64,000 nucleotides of DNA, from the NCBI GenBank assembly GCA_040954595.2, contig CM082587.2, positions 2,199,000 to 2,262,999 on the forward strand. The letters are read 5' to 3'. The notes beneath the pieces were generated by a model that was not told where the DNA came from, did not search any database, and saw only the letters and a list, made by a program, of their open reading frames with translations. Positions within the stretch are counted from its first letter, which is position 1. The number at the start of each line of letters is the position of its first letter. The position numbers were made by a program, and so were the translations under genes. The DNA comes from Balanoglossus misakiensis. Taxonomy: Eukaryota; Animalia; Hemichordata. This document shows positions 1-11,425 of the stretch, in pieces.

Positions 1-691
1 GATGCGCATGCATGGCAACATGCAAGATAATCAAATAATAACGTAAACTTTCTGCTTGTGTGTGCTGCTGTCAATACCTTGTACATGGGTGTGTATAAGA
101 GTTCATTGTTGTTTGAATTTTCCATCTAATGATTTTCATTTCATGTGCCATAGTTGACACACTGATGTAAAATGGACATATCATTGTATCATACCCCAAA
201 GGTGTTCTTCAAGCTACTTATAAAATATCACTTTCACCAGATCAATATATGGTTCATCATGGTGGCTTCAAAGGTTTTTTTTTTCTAGCAGATCCAGTGA
301 ATGCATTTGTCAGTCGTAAATGGTCATGTATCATGGGAGTTGGAAGCCATTACATACATTACTGTAATAATAATAATACTGTAATAATAATGATCATAAA
401 CATAACTGTATCCCTTCAAATAAACGTGCATTCCTTAATTCTCATCCAGTTTTCTTTTCATCAGATGGTTCGCATTTCATGCATTCTAAACATGAAGTGT
501 TTTATCTTGTTGCTGGAGATTGCATTTTATTTCGTGCATTTTTCAAGTACAAGTGAAAGCTCCATGTAGACTTTCATTCCTTCCTAAAGTCGTCTCACAT
601 AGAGTCACTTTTGAAATATTAAACGATTTCTAGAATTTTAGAAGACCTGCTGCCTAATTTGCAAACTAACATCACTTGATGCATCTTTTAG

Positions 692-862
692 TTAATGGTC
701 AATGGGGAGATTGGATTCCATGGGAGCCATGCACCAAGACTTGCGGACAAGGTACAAGAAGTCGAACCAGGCTGTGCAATAGCCCACCACCACAGTATGG
801 TGGCCGATCATGTCAAGGCTCTGCATATGACCAACAGCTATGTAATATTAAACCCTGTCCTG
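692..862 (+). CDS. HMCN1: Hemicentin-1-like, TSP1 exon (gene continues upstream of the window)
   Basis: 171-nt phase-1 exon between ttttag and gtaaga. Encodes VNGQWGDWIPWEPCTKTCGQGTRSRTRLCNSPPPQYGGRSC (TSP1 WxxWxxWxxCSxTCG motif). Confidence 0.93.
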
Positions 863-1336
863 GTAAGACATTCTAATCGAATTGTTTGAGATATTTCTTA
901 CATGAATGGCATGTGGTATGGTTTAAACTGCAGACATATTTCATATTGTTGGATAATTTAATGCGACATAAATCAAAATTGGTGAGTAAGGTACTCAGAA
1001 TTGATGTTTCAACAGAGAGAAGCTATAATCCTTTAATTTTTGGAAAACAGTAGAATTCATTAATTCACTTTATGCACTGAATCTGCATCTAATGTTCTAG
1101 ACTTTCTCATAGGCTTCCCCTTTGTTAGGTATGTGATGGTCAAATATCCTGTGATGTGTGCCCTCAACATTTCAGTGAAGCTGATCTGTCGAACTGGCAG
1201 TTTTGCAACACTGGCTCTCTGTCCTCTGGTTAGGGGCATCATAGTACAGCAGGGAGAAAGACCAGGGTGGCAAAGTATAGGCCACAACCACACACATCAA
1301 TCTATGCTAATTATCTCAATGTTCTTTGTACCATAG

Positions 1337-1507
1337 TTGATGGTTCGTGGGGAGCGTGGTTACCATGGCAGGAATGCAGCGAGACATGCGGAGAGGGGAC
1401 AAAGATCAGAATGAGAAGTTGTAATAATCCGGCACCAAGAGATGGTGGATTTGATTGTCCAGGGTTAGATACACAGAGCCAAATGTGCAAGATACGAGAC
1501 TGCTCTG
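1337..1507 (+). CDS. HMCN1: Hemicentin-1-like, TSP1 exon
   Basis: 171 nt, AG/GT bounded. Encodes VDGSWGAWLPWQECSETCGEG...CNNPAP. Confidence 0.93.
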
Positions 1508-1615
1508 GTAAAGTTTCATCATCATTATAAGCTCATCTCTTTTGGCCAGTTCGAAATATAATAAATATGCATATGTGATTCTTCAAAATCCTAATAATTT
1601 GGTTTGTTCTTTCAG

Positions 1616-1786
1616 TCGATGGAAAGTGGAGCTCTTGGAGTGGCTGGTCAATGTGTAGCAAATCTTGTGGTACTGGTGAGAGATTCCGTACGCGCAGATG
1701 CTCGGAACCTGCCCCTCAGAATGGCGGTAGATATTGTGAAGGCAATGACCAACAGACGGATTACTGCAACACAGATGGCTGTCCAG
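1616..1786 (+). CDS. HMCN1: Hemicentin-1-like, TSP1 exon
   Basis: 171 nt, ttcag/gttagg. Encodes VDGKWSSWSGWSMCSKSCGTGERFRTRRCSEPAP. This frame is absent from the ORF track. Confidence 0.92.
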
Positions 1787-1959
1787 GTTAGGACACATTC
1801 ACTTGACTACATACATTTGCTTGTTTACCACATTGCAAGTTTGCACAGAGTTTGCATTGGCAAACTATCAGTCAGGCATCAGCAGCCACAAGAAATCAAG
1901 AGAACTTGATTTGGTACAATGTAGACAAATTAAATTTCAGCATGTGTTTACATTCACAG

Positions 1960-2130
1960 TGCATGGTGGTTGGTCCACTTGGGAGGAATGGGGCGACTGC
2001 AGCAGTAGTTGCAATGGCGGCCAGCAGAAACGTTACAGATCATGTAACAACCCCAGACCTCTGAATGGAGGACGGAATTGTGCAGACCGCAATGTACAGA
2101 TGAAAGCATGTAACCTACACCAATGTCCAA
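1960..2130 (+). CDS. HMCN1: Hemicentin-1-like, TSP1 exon
   Basis: 171 nt, cacag/gtaagt. Encodes VHGGWSTWEEWGDCSSSCNGG. Confidence 0.93.
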
Positions 2131-2281
2131 GTAAGTGTATTTTAACTACTGAAGAGCTGATGTTTCCCAGATGGTCTTGCTTGATAAATGTTTCCATACA
2201 AACCCTGGCAATTTTCTGTGTGAAGATACAATTAAAAAAACTCCAGAATAACTTAAAGTGAATTGATTTCCCTGTCCCCAG

Positions 2282-2452
2282 TTGATGGTGGATGGGCTGA
2301 ATGGGGAGAGTGGACACAATGCACACAGACCTGTGGCGAGGGAAGTATGACCAGGTATCGTACATGTTCCAATCCTGAACCCAGAAGTGGAGGACGATCC
2401 TGTCCAGGTGATGAATCACAGAGGACTCGTTGCAATACTAATCCATGCCCAG
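2282..2452 (+). CDS. HMCN1: Hemicentin-1-like, last TSP1 exon
   Basis: 171 nt, cccag/gtgaga. Encodes VDGGWAEWGEWTQCTQTCGEG. Confidence 0.93.
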
Positions 2453-2722
2453 GTGAGAGGTTTGGTCTGAACTGCTGTTCATTAACTAAGATAACATTAT
2501 GATTAATTAGCACTTAACTGCAAAAATATTCAAATTTTGCCTTATACTTTGAGGTGATCAACATTAGTATAAATGTAATCAAGTGATAACTACACATGTT
2601 ACTAAATATTCAGTTGTTGTAGATTGTAGAACTTTTCAAGAGTTAATGTACATGTATTGGTAAATCAGAGTAATGATCGGCAATGGGCTTGAAATCTAAC
2701 TAGAATTATCTTTCTGTTGTAG

Positions 2723-2863
2723 CGGCTCCGAAGACTGCAGTGGCTTTTATTACTGGAAATCTCAATGATATCAACTTTGTTGCCCCACTCTTTGCAAATA
2801 TCAGTTTAACTGGAGATGGCAGACTTGTAAATGCTGAGATTCATGACTTGCCAGATTCATTAG
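2723..2863 (+). CDS. HMCN1: Hemicentin-1-like, G2F (nidogen G2) domain exon 1
   Basis: ttgtag/gtaagt, phase 1. Encodes APKTAVAFITGNLNDINF. Confidence 0.88.
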
Positions 2864-2994
2864 GTAAGTCACTCCATTTTGCTCTTCAACATATCTTTAT
2901 CGTAATTGTGTTGTTTGACTTCTTTATGTATTTTTATGGTAAATCTATCTACATAAATTGAAATTGTTTTTGGATGTTTTGTATGTTTTGTTAG

Positions 2995-3132
2995 GTTACT
3001 GGATGAGACAACTTGTTTCGTTGTTGACTCCAATATACTGGACTAGTGCTTATGAAATTGGTGAAGCTGTCAATGGGTACACTTTGACTGAAGGATACTT
3101 TGTCAGGCAAACGCAGGTGGAATTTGCATCAG
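2995..3132 (+). CDS. HMCN1: Hemicentin-1-like, G2F exon 2
   Basis: Encodes MRQLVSLLTPIYWTSAYEIGEAVNGYTLT...QVEFASG, a hallmark hemicentin G2F sequence. Confidence 0.93.
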
Positions 3133-3251
3133 GTAAACACATCATTTTCTCTTGACGTGACAGAGACTTCCATAATGCATCATTGGGGAGAACGTAGTCA
3201 TGGTAAATACTTGTTTTTAAATTCTGAATATTAATCTTCTTTCAACACTAG

Positions 3252-3611
3252 GTGAAGTCCTTACCATGATACATAATGTGAATGGTCTTCGTCAAGATGG
3301 TGTTCTAGAAGTCGAAGTGGTCATAGATGGTGAAGTACCCAGTATGGAATATTCTACAGACATCACATTGAAGCCGTACACAGAAGATTACATTCAAACA
3401 GGACCGGGTGAAATCTATGCATACTCTTACAGAATGTTCTCAGCAGACGGTCATCACATCCCATATGCGTGGACACACACCATCAATTATGATCCTAGTC
3501 GAGGTAGAATGCCTTTCATGGTGGAGAAGTTGTATGCCAAGGATCTGGGTGTGCAATATGATCCCTTCAGTCGAGTCTTAGAGTTTCAGATTGTTACTTC
3601 CATTGCCAAAG
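3252..3611 (+). CDS. HMCN1: Hemicentin-1-like, G2F exon 3
   Basis: 360 nt. Encodes PYTEDYIQTGPGEIYAYSYRMF...YAWTHTINYD. Confidence 0.93.
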
Positions 3612-4489
3612 GTAAGCCATATCACATTTTAATGCATTATATCCTATGTCAATGTCATTCACACTGCCAGCGAAACAAACCTTGATTTTTAGTCGTATCA
3701 TTTAGTTTTTAGAGTTGCATAAAAATAAAATCTAAAGTCAAACTAGAATTTGTGAATGGAGATAATCATTTTATGTGAACTATCGTCCTGAATGGACCAT
3801 TCAGTTTGCTCACTGATCTTCAGAAGATATCAGGCAAGTTAACAGCTGTAATAGAAATACAGTTGTCGTCTGATTCATGACAGAATGCGAGAATGTTGTG
3901 TCGGAAATTAGGCTGTTACATTCCCAACAGCATATCAGACAATCACATCTGAAACAAAAAGTCTTGAATAATTCATATGTGGCATTCAAAGTGAGAAGAG
4001 CAGAAGCGATTATCATGTTTTACCAGTGTGTAGCATTACAGAGGGCAACCTCTGGCGACGCATAGCCAGAGAACATACCAGGGAAATTAATCAAGTATTC
4101 GCTTTGCTTCATCAGCTCAGCAGTTTATTGACTTGCCAGTAGAAAAGTGAAATGAGACAACTACAGTCCCATACATATAGTGCACAATACCTGAAGTTTT
4201 AATTGTATTGCATAGAAATGTCCAGGGAGTTCATTCAGAAAATTGATCGGATTAATGACAAATTTTGATGAAGTAAAGCAAAGTACTTATACATCAATAT
4301 TACTGTGTAAACAATCCACTTTATGCCTTTGGGGGATGAGTAGGCTTGGTTAAGCCAATCTGACGCAGATCTACCGGTACTCAGGGTCATAAGGTTATGC
4401 CCAAGGGTCATTCTTTTGAGCAATTCTTACCAAAAGATATATCAAGTAGTGATTACTTTCATAATATCCTTGTTTATATATTTCAACAG

Positions 4490-4552
4490 GAGAGCCAAGT
4501 AATGAGTGTCCAGAAGGATTTAATATGGATCCATCAGGACTATACTGCAAAG
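4490..4552 (+). CDS. HMCN1: Hemicentin-1-like, linker/EGF exon
   Basis: caacag/gtaaat, 63 nt. Encodes GEPSNECPEGFNMDPSGLYCK. Confidence 0.88.
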
Positions 4553-4728
4553 GTAAATTTTGAGAATTCAATTGTACATTTGATTATCAATAATTCTTCG
4601 TGCTGTAAATGATACTTTGGGGGTCCTAGTAAGACCAGTTAATCATCAACTAATGACACCAAATCACAGAGTTAATGATTGTTTCCAAGTGCTCTTGTCA
4701 TATTAAAATCTTCCATTTTACATTACAG

Positions 4729-4848
4729 ATGAAGATGAATGCAGTAGACAAAGAGTCTGCTCTCACACCTGCCACAATAAACCAGGTGGTTTTACATGTT
4801 CCTGCCCAGATGGTATGATGCTTGACTCCGATCGCCAGACATGTACAG
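4729..4848 (+). CDS. HMCN1: Hemicentin-1-like, cbEGF exon
   Basis: Phase 1. Encodes DEDECSRQRVCSHTCHNKPGGFTCSCPDG. Confidence 0.9.
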
Positions 4849-4934
4849 GTAAGGACTGTGAAGATTTTAAACGCTCATACAATATGTCTGCTCCTGTGTT
4901 CACCACTTGAAAAAGACTCTTTCTCTGATTGCAG

Positions 4935-5069
4935 ATGTGGATGAGTGTAAAGTGAACAACGGTGGATGTCCATCTGGACATGATTGCGTCAATACAGAAG
5001 GATCCTTTACCTGTATTGTTAAGTGCCGTAAAGGTCTGGTGAGATCAACAGTGGGTCCATTTTGCATTG
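4935..5069 (+). CDS. HMCN1: Hemicentin-1-like, cbEGF exon
   Basis: Encodes DVDECKVNNGGCPSGHDCVNTEGSFTC. Confidence 0.9.
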
Positions 5070-5193
5070 GTAAGTCCAATCAGACTATGTGGTATTGTGT
5101 GTCTGTCAGACCATGTAGGCATGTAATCGAGTATCTGAAACTGTGCAGCTGTCGTTAACCATCATTCATCTTGTTTATTTCCCAATTGCATAG

Positions 5194-5316
5194 ACGTAAA
5201 TGAATGCAGACAACTCCGCAACTTATGTGAACATTACTGTGAAAATACTATTGGTAGCTACAAATGTTATTGTCAACGTGGTTATGAACTTGAAGGTATA
5301 CAGGGAAGGTGTAGAG
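5194..5316 (+). CDS. HMCN1: Hemicentin-1-like, cbEGF exon
   Basis: Encodes DVNECRQLRNLCEHYCENTIGSYKCYCQRGY. Confidence 0.9.
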
Positions 5317-5528
5317 GTAAGCAGAACATTAATTGCAGAGATACAAAGATGAATGTCAAAATTTTCAGAGAGACTAGTCTTTTTGCCACTTTGGAACACA
5401 TAGTACACTCTCTGAATAGAGATTTCTCAAGTGTGCAATGTGTAATACTAATCCATCCTGTCGTTAACATTGTAGAAATGGAAAACAAATTATCATACCA
5501 TAATATTTTGAAATTCTTTGTGTTTCAG

Positions 5529-5657
5529 ATATAAATGAGTGTGAAGTTGGCAATCCTTGCCCACCTGGTAAGAGTTGTGAGAATACTCAAGGCAGCTATA
5601 GATGTATCAACCTGTGTCCATCTGGTTTCCAACTTGCACGTAATGGCTCTTGTGTGG
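5529..5657 (+). CDS. HMCN1: Hemicentin-1-like, cbEGF exon
   Basis: Encodes DINECEVGNPCPPGKSCENTQGSYRC. Donor gtgagt. Confidence 0.9.
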
Positions 5658-5854
5658 GTGAGTATGTAATGTGTTAACTCTTATGAAGGCCTGTTTTATT
5701 CATCCTTGGCAGTGAACCTGGTACAGTTTCTTAATATGACTGATCACCACCATGATATTAGATTGTATTAATGCTTCCAATATTGCCAGCAAATTACCTA
5801 GCGGTGTCTATGTAGGCCACTGTCATCAATTGCTTTGAATACTGTATATTGCAG

Positions 5855-5983
5855 ATGTGGATGAGTGTATGTCAAGACAAGACAGGTGCAGTTACAACCA
5901 AGTTTGTCGGAATACGGAGGGAAGTTATGCTTGTTTGTGTCCACGTGGGTACAGGGCTAATGGGATGGGACAACCTTGCCTTG
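5855..5983 (+). CDS. HMCN1: Hemicentin-1-like, cbEGF exon
   Basis: Encodes DVDECMSRQDRCSYNQVCRNTEGSYACLCPRGY. Confidence 0.9.
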
Positions 5984-6189
5984 GTAAGTTTTATCTTCTA
6001 TTGACTGCTTACACTCTGTATTACTTTGCAATCCGAATGTTGCTTTGTGTAGTCTTTTCTCATGACCCAAATTACCCAAAAGATGAAGTAAACATATATT
6101 GTATACATCTCACTTTGTTATGTGGTGATATCCAGAAGGCATTGTCCCTCCTAGTAATTGTATGATTGTTTGTGTGCATCTTTTATTAG

Positions 6190-6405
6190 ACGTCAACGAA
6201 TGTAGCGAGAATAGGGGACTATGTTCATACCAGTGTAGAAATCTCCCAGGTACCTATGAGTGCATATGTCCGCCAGGGCAGAAACGTCTGGCAGACAGGA
6301 AGGGATGTGCTGGACTAAGCTGGGATGACAAGCAAGCATTTGGGCTTGCAGAGACACAGTTTGATTGTGAACAAGGCACACAGTATGTCAACGGACAGTG
6401 TGAAG
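6190..6405 (+). CDS. HMCN1: Hemicentin-1-like, cbEGF plus linker exon
   Basis: Encodes DVNECSENRGLCSYQCRNLPGTYECICPPGQKRLADRKGCAGL. Confidence 0.9.
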
Positions 6406-6628
6406 GTGGGTTTTCAGTTTCTTGTTGATGTGTTAAGTTTCAAAGAAAAAATTATGGAAGAAATAAATACCAAGAGATGATGTCTCTCTTGTACATCAAC
6501 AGTAATGCTGGAAATATATGAGGAATGTATACAGTCACCCAGCAATCAATCACTGTGTTTGTGCAATGATGAGTCACAAGTCGGATATTGATTAACCATT
6601 CTTTCCTTCTGATCATACCACATAACAG

Positions 6629-6748
6629 ACATCAATGAATGTGAGAACCCCCAAACTTGCCAACATGAGTGTGTCAACACTGAAGGTAGCTACTACTGCA
6701 GATGTCCACAAGGATACACCTTGAGCAGTGATGGAAAAACTTGCCAAG
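6629..6748 (+). CDS. HMCN1: Hemicentin-1-like, cbEGF exon
   Basis: Encodes [30 protein letters not shown]. Confidence 0.9.
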
Positions 6749-6997
6749 GTAAAATGGTCATACCACATCTATCATGAAAGTTTAAGTGCATAAGGTTGAG
6801 ATAAATTGTTGCAAAATTATGCAAATGAAACACGCAGACTAGTCAAATGTGTCGGCCATACTGAACTTAGTTGGTCATTTTACATGCATAATGTACTATA
6901 TATACAGATATATATACAGAAAGGTATTTGTACGACAAGTTCTTAGGGTTAAAGCAGTAGGTGTAATACTGATTATTACAAATGTGTCTTTGTCTAG

Positions 6998-7124
6998 ATA
7001 TTGATGAATGTTTGGAGCAGAACATCGATTGTGGTACCAACCGCATGTGTTTCAACAAACTAGGAGGCTATGAATGTATTGACACACCCTGTCCACCTGG
7101 TTATGAAAGGAAAGTTGGTAGTGG
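6998..7124 (+). CDS. HMCN1: Hemicentin-1-like, last EGF exon
   Basis: Encodes DIDECLEQNIDCGTNRMCFNKLGGYECIDTPCPPGY. Ends in phase 2. Confidence 0.92.
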
Positions 7125-7490
7125 GTAAGTGTTCACTTTCATTATTACTGAGACAAAAGTATTGCAGGACATGCCATTTTCAATATAGGTAAACTGTTGG
7201 GCATGTTATTATATTGTGTAGTCAGTCATATTACACATGTCCAGAGATGTTCCAGTGTAATACACAGCTGCTTGTAAGGTTATATTAGTTTATGTTCGTG
7301 CCGAATAACGTTGTAATGAGAATTAAAGTATCACTTTGTAACTGTAGTATTGATCTTAGATTGTCGGCAGTCGCTCACGTACACTTTCTAAGTCTATAAA
7401 TTAGCAAATCAGTCACTTTCAGTTCACTATCAGGCGATGCAGTTTCCTGATAAAACACCTTACAATTTATGATCTGTTACCGTCTTACAG

Positions 7491-7683
7491 GTACTGTGTC
7501 AGAAATTGCCCGTATCCAAAATCTTTGTGCACCAGCGACTTTGAAGATATCTTAGAATACAGAACAGTAGCTCTGCCTAAAGGTATATTAGGTCACCAGG
7601 ATCTTATAAGGCTGGTTACTTTGACCCAAGATGGAAATATTCATCCACGATCAAACTACCGTTTAATTGACAACAGGACTGGG
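7491..7683 (+). CDS. HMCN1: Hemicentin-1-like, fibulin C-terminal module exon
   Basis: ttacag/gtgagt, phase 2 to phase 0. Encodes YCVRNCP...LEYRTVALPKGILGHQDLIRLVTLTQDG. Confidence 0.9.
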
Positions 7684-9016
7684 GTGAGTACCTGAAAAAT
7701 AAGGATGATTGTCTTATGCATATATTGAATGACTTTGAACATTCTGTAGCCTTTGTTGTTGAGCAATTTTTAAAACACAAATTACGTTCTATATCATGAT
7801 CATCAGTGTCGCAAATGTACATGTATGTATCTGTCAACTTTCCAAGGTATTGCAGTGTAAGGCCACACGCTTTTCGTATTGATATTTGCATTTTTTACCC
7901 ATTTTATCAACAAGTTCATATTTCATATCATTTTGATCAAAATGCTATACATGCTTTATGTCACAATGATTAACTTATAAATGCCCTAGTTGTTAAGTTT
8001 GAAGTACATATAAGGTCTTCATTTCCCCCAAACAATGACTTCATATCTTAAAGAACACAGCCAGTTCATATTCAGATTAGAAAAAACCCACCTCATGCTT
8101 CAAAGCACTCCAGTTTCATGGCTGAAATGATATAGGACACTCATTCTCAGTACTCGCAAATTTCAATATAAGTATGTCTCTGCTGCTCATGTAGTCAGTG
8201 GTGACTGAAGTCAGACTCTTTTAATGAAGAAATTAGCAATTTTGTCAATGTCAGTAAAAGAATCTTGATTGATTTAGCTGATCTCTTTACAAATGATGTT
8301 GTCTTTCACTTTATAAATTGCAGAAAAACACTAAACTCGCCTTTCAGTTTGTTTTAATAGTTGGTCAAAATTGTTACTATTTCTGAGTCAGTTTGGGACA
8401 TGAAAACATTCTACTTGTGAATTTCAAAGGTTACCCTAATTGGCAGAACTGTAATGCTTCACTTGGATATGTGCAGAAGTGGAGAAATTCCCAGATGTTA
8501 ATATGGATCCACTAAACATAGCAGGCATCTTGACGTCACAGCCATGTACTTGTGAAAAGTTAAATTGCATATAGAGCGTGATCCAGATCAAAGTGAAAGA
8601 CACTTGAGTGACTGTAGTTGCCATTTAGTCCAACATGAACTGCCAGTTGAAAAAGCCATCAGCTGGTTTACTTGAATGTACAACTTTTGAAGTGAGAGTA
8701 GTTTGAGTTTGTTCAAACAGCTTGTCATCAAAAGTTTTCACGCCTGTCTTTATGCCATTATTGCCTGTACATGTTCAGCCATTTATAGTATTTATTCACC
8801 TTAACAGTAAATGGAATGTCGAACTGCATTGTTTGAATGTCTGACATGTAAAGTCTCATGCAAACTTTCTTTTTTTCAAACTTAACCTGTCACCACCCTC
8901 CCCCACCCCCCATTTGTCATCTCATTTCACCATCATGCCATTTTCTCTGCTTTTCTCTCTCCACTGAAACCCTCCTCTGACAGATGTGTGGTTGTACGTG
9001 TGACTGTTCCAACCAG

Positions 9017-9190
9017 GTTCCATTCGACATTCGGCTGGAGAACGGCAAGGGCGTGGTCTACACCCTGGAGCCATTGAGAGACCCCAAGACCTATCAGATG
9101 CAAGTCCAGGCCACTGGTTACAACGACTGGCAGATTGAGTACCAGACAACATTTGTCATCTATATATCAGTGTCAAACTACCCATATTAG
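9017..9190 (+). CDS. HMCN1: Hemicentin-1-like, terminal coding exon (alternative in-frame acceptor would start it at 8984)
   Basis: Encodes VPFDIRLENGKGVVYTLEPL...YQTTFVIYISVSNYPY-stop, matching the hemicentin/fibulin C-terminus. Confidence 0.92.
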   Translation, partial: VPFDIRLENGKGVVYTLEPLRDPKTYQMQVQATGYNDWQIEYQTTFVIYISVSNYPY

Positions 9191-9502
9191 TAGCAACTTC
9201 GGATCTGTTCTCAGTCCTATTCCAACATCAGATTTAATCCCCATCACGGTGATAAAAATTACACAGAAAGAAACAGATTAAGAGAAGAAACACACTGCCA
9301 CAAAAACATTATTTAATGTGTCTTCCAACATTTTTATAGAATCTCATTTTTATATATGTGTGTGTTTCCAGATTTCAACTCTGAGGCAAAATTATGAGTA
9401 GAAGTAGAACATGTGGATTTTCTGTTCCAGTGTATCGAGCAAAACATTGTTTTGTTTTAGTATATATACATTTTGGCACATATGACTGCACCCAAAAGAA
9501 TT

Positions 9503-9593
9503 TTAACCCTTCCATAATTACGGTTTAGTCCAAAGCCATTGTTTACAGTGGCTAGTTTGGATCACTAGAGAGAACTGGGGTGAAATGGGTTAA
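9503..9593. mobile_element. Small TTAA-flanked MITE-like element (piggyBac-type ends) in the hemicentin 3'UTR
   Basis: TTAA-CCCTT ... ATGGG-TTAA: TTAA on both sides, CCC/GGG termini, imperfect inverted ends. Confidence 0.5.
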
Positions 9594-10870
9594 ACTTTAC
9601 CACACTGAGATCAAATTCAAAAAAAATATTATCTATTCTGTATTGCTGCTTCTTGCCTCTCTGAATGCAAAAAAAATGTGCTAAAATGTGTGAGTTTCTT
9701 TGATGTTTCTAGAGGTTTGTTGTACAGGATTGCCCCAGGGTGTGAGTCATGTCACAATGTGATTTGTTCGTATTCTTTCTCAGTGTGTATGTGATGTTAC
9801 ATACATGAGTACAGGGTATACAAACCAGAAGATGTCATGTCTGGAAAAGAATTGGGCTGTGTGTTATAACCTGTTACCATGTGTAACTGAATCTGCCTTA
9901 ATGCTGCATTATAATTTGAAGGCTTGCACAAATTGTCAAAAAATGCATCGTGCATTGGTGGATGTACGCTATAAAACAACCAGAAGTACACAGAATTTCA
10001 ATCTATTTACAGGAGTGAATTGATTACTGTTGCAAACATGGACCTTGATTCAGCTTCAGACTGTGGCAAAGCTGGTCACTATCAGAACTTAATTATGATC
10101 TATTTTCCAGAATGCTGCGATTTATTGCACTTTTAGAAGTATTTTTGTCATAGTATAACTAGGACAACAGATTATATAACTATGGCAATAGAATTATGAA
10201 ACAATAAGTGGAGAAGATTCCTTTAAATATGCTGAAAGAAGATAATGTCATATATAATGGAACTTTACAAATTTTATGAATGCATGTTTTAATGTACTAT
10301 TGTAGTCTATTCTTTATATTATTTGATTCAATGTCATCAAACAAACAGAAATATTATATGAAATGTAGTAGTCTAATGTTTTTAAAGAGATTGATCGGCC
10401 TTGCAAAAATATATATATTTTTAATTGACTATCATAGGGAGTCAAGCAGTACATTTCTACAATTTTATTGTACATGTAATATAGTTAAGATGGAACCAGA
10501 CCGTGAGAGGTCATCAAAGGTCAAGGTGCTTAAATCAGCTGTGTGTCTTTATATGGTCAGTACTTGTAGCTTTGTTTTATTTCTTTTCTTCAATCATTAT
10601 GTAATTTACTATTTGTAATGTGTGTTCACTGTAATTGTTTCATTCTTAGCATGTAGTCGATTTTTTTTGTGAACAGACTTTTAGATATATATACCTCCAC
10701 AAGTAAACACAGACATTGTGTCTTTTGACGATCATGTGACTGATGCATCTGACAAAACCTGTTATGAGCAGCGATTTCATATATTTTAAAAAGAAATTCA
10801 GAGATGTCCCTTTTTTAGAGATTTTTATTTAGAAAAAGTTCTATGTAGAAATTGTGAATGAAATATCAAC

Positions 10871-10876
10871 AATAAA
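10871..10876 (+). terminator. Likely hemicentin poly(A) signal
   Basis: AATAAA followed by a T/GT-rich tract at the end of an AT-rich 3'UTR. Confidence 0.6.
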
Positions 10877-11350
10877 ATGCCTTTTGTTTTTTTCCTCAAT
10901 TTCGGCCATCTGTGTGATTTCTGTTAGCGGATAGAAGCATTTTAGTCATGTGCATTTTAGATGGGTTTTGTGTACTTAACAGCATAAGTGATGCCATGTT
11001 CTTGTATGAGAGGTGTTTAAAGTGGGCCATGCCATGTAAAAAACACAACTAGCACAAGTTTGATCAGTTGAAATTGATATTTATTCGGTTTCATCAGCCA
11101 ACTCAATAATGATGGATATTATTCACTGTTACTGATTGAAATGTTGCACATGAAGTTTCTAAAAAGACAAAATACATGTAAGCTTATACAAAGGCTGATC
11201 AACACAGTTCATCAATAAGTGAATAAGTGGTACATCTGAAAATACTTTTTACAATGAAACTGTTAGTATATTTTGAAGTCTAAATGTTCTTTTCATGGCT
11301 AGCATTACTACTCCTGTTAATACAGTAATTGAGAGATGCTATTCTCCATC

Positions 11351-11356
11351 TTTATT
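11351..11356 (-). terminator. Likely poly(A) signal of precursor gene A
   Basis: AATAAA on the minus strand, about 70 nt after the TAA at 11426. Confidence 0.5.
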
Positions 11357-11425
11357 ACCGAATCAATAATGGATGTCGGCTTTTTGGTTTTCAGTTCATT
11401 GGCAGCATCGGTGGCTTTTCTTCAA

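Noticed and set aside
249-569. 106-aa ORF and the many other short track ORFs in introns and intergenic DNA
   Set aside because: Low-complexity or antisense/out-of-frame shadows with no motifs or consistent splice phases.
11355-11402. SECIS element for the TGA in precursor A (ATGAA...AAAAA...TGAT on the minus strand)
   Set aside because: The motif words are present, but the intervening arms (CTGAAAACC vs CATCCATTAT) do not pair into helix II. Sec would also give that peptide an odd Cys/Sec count.
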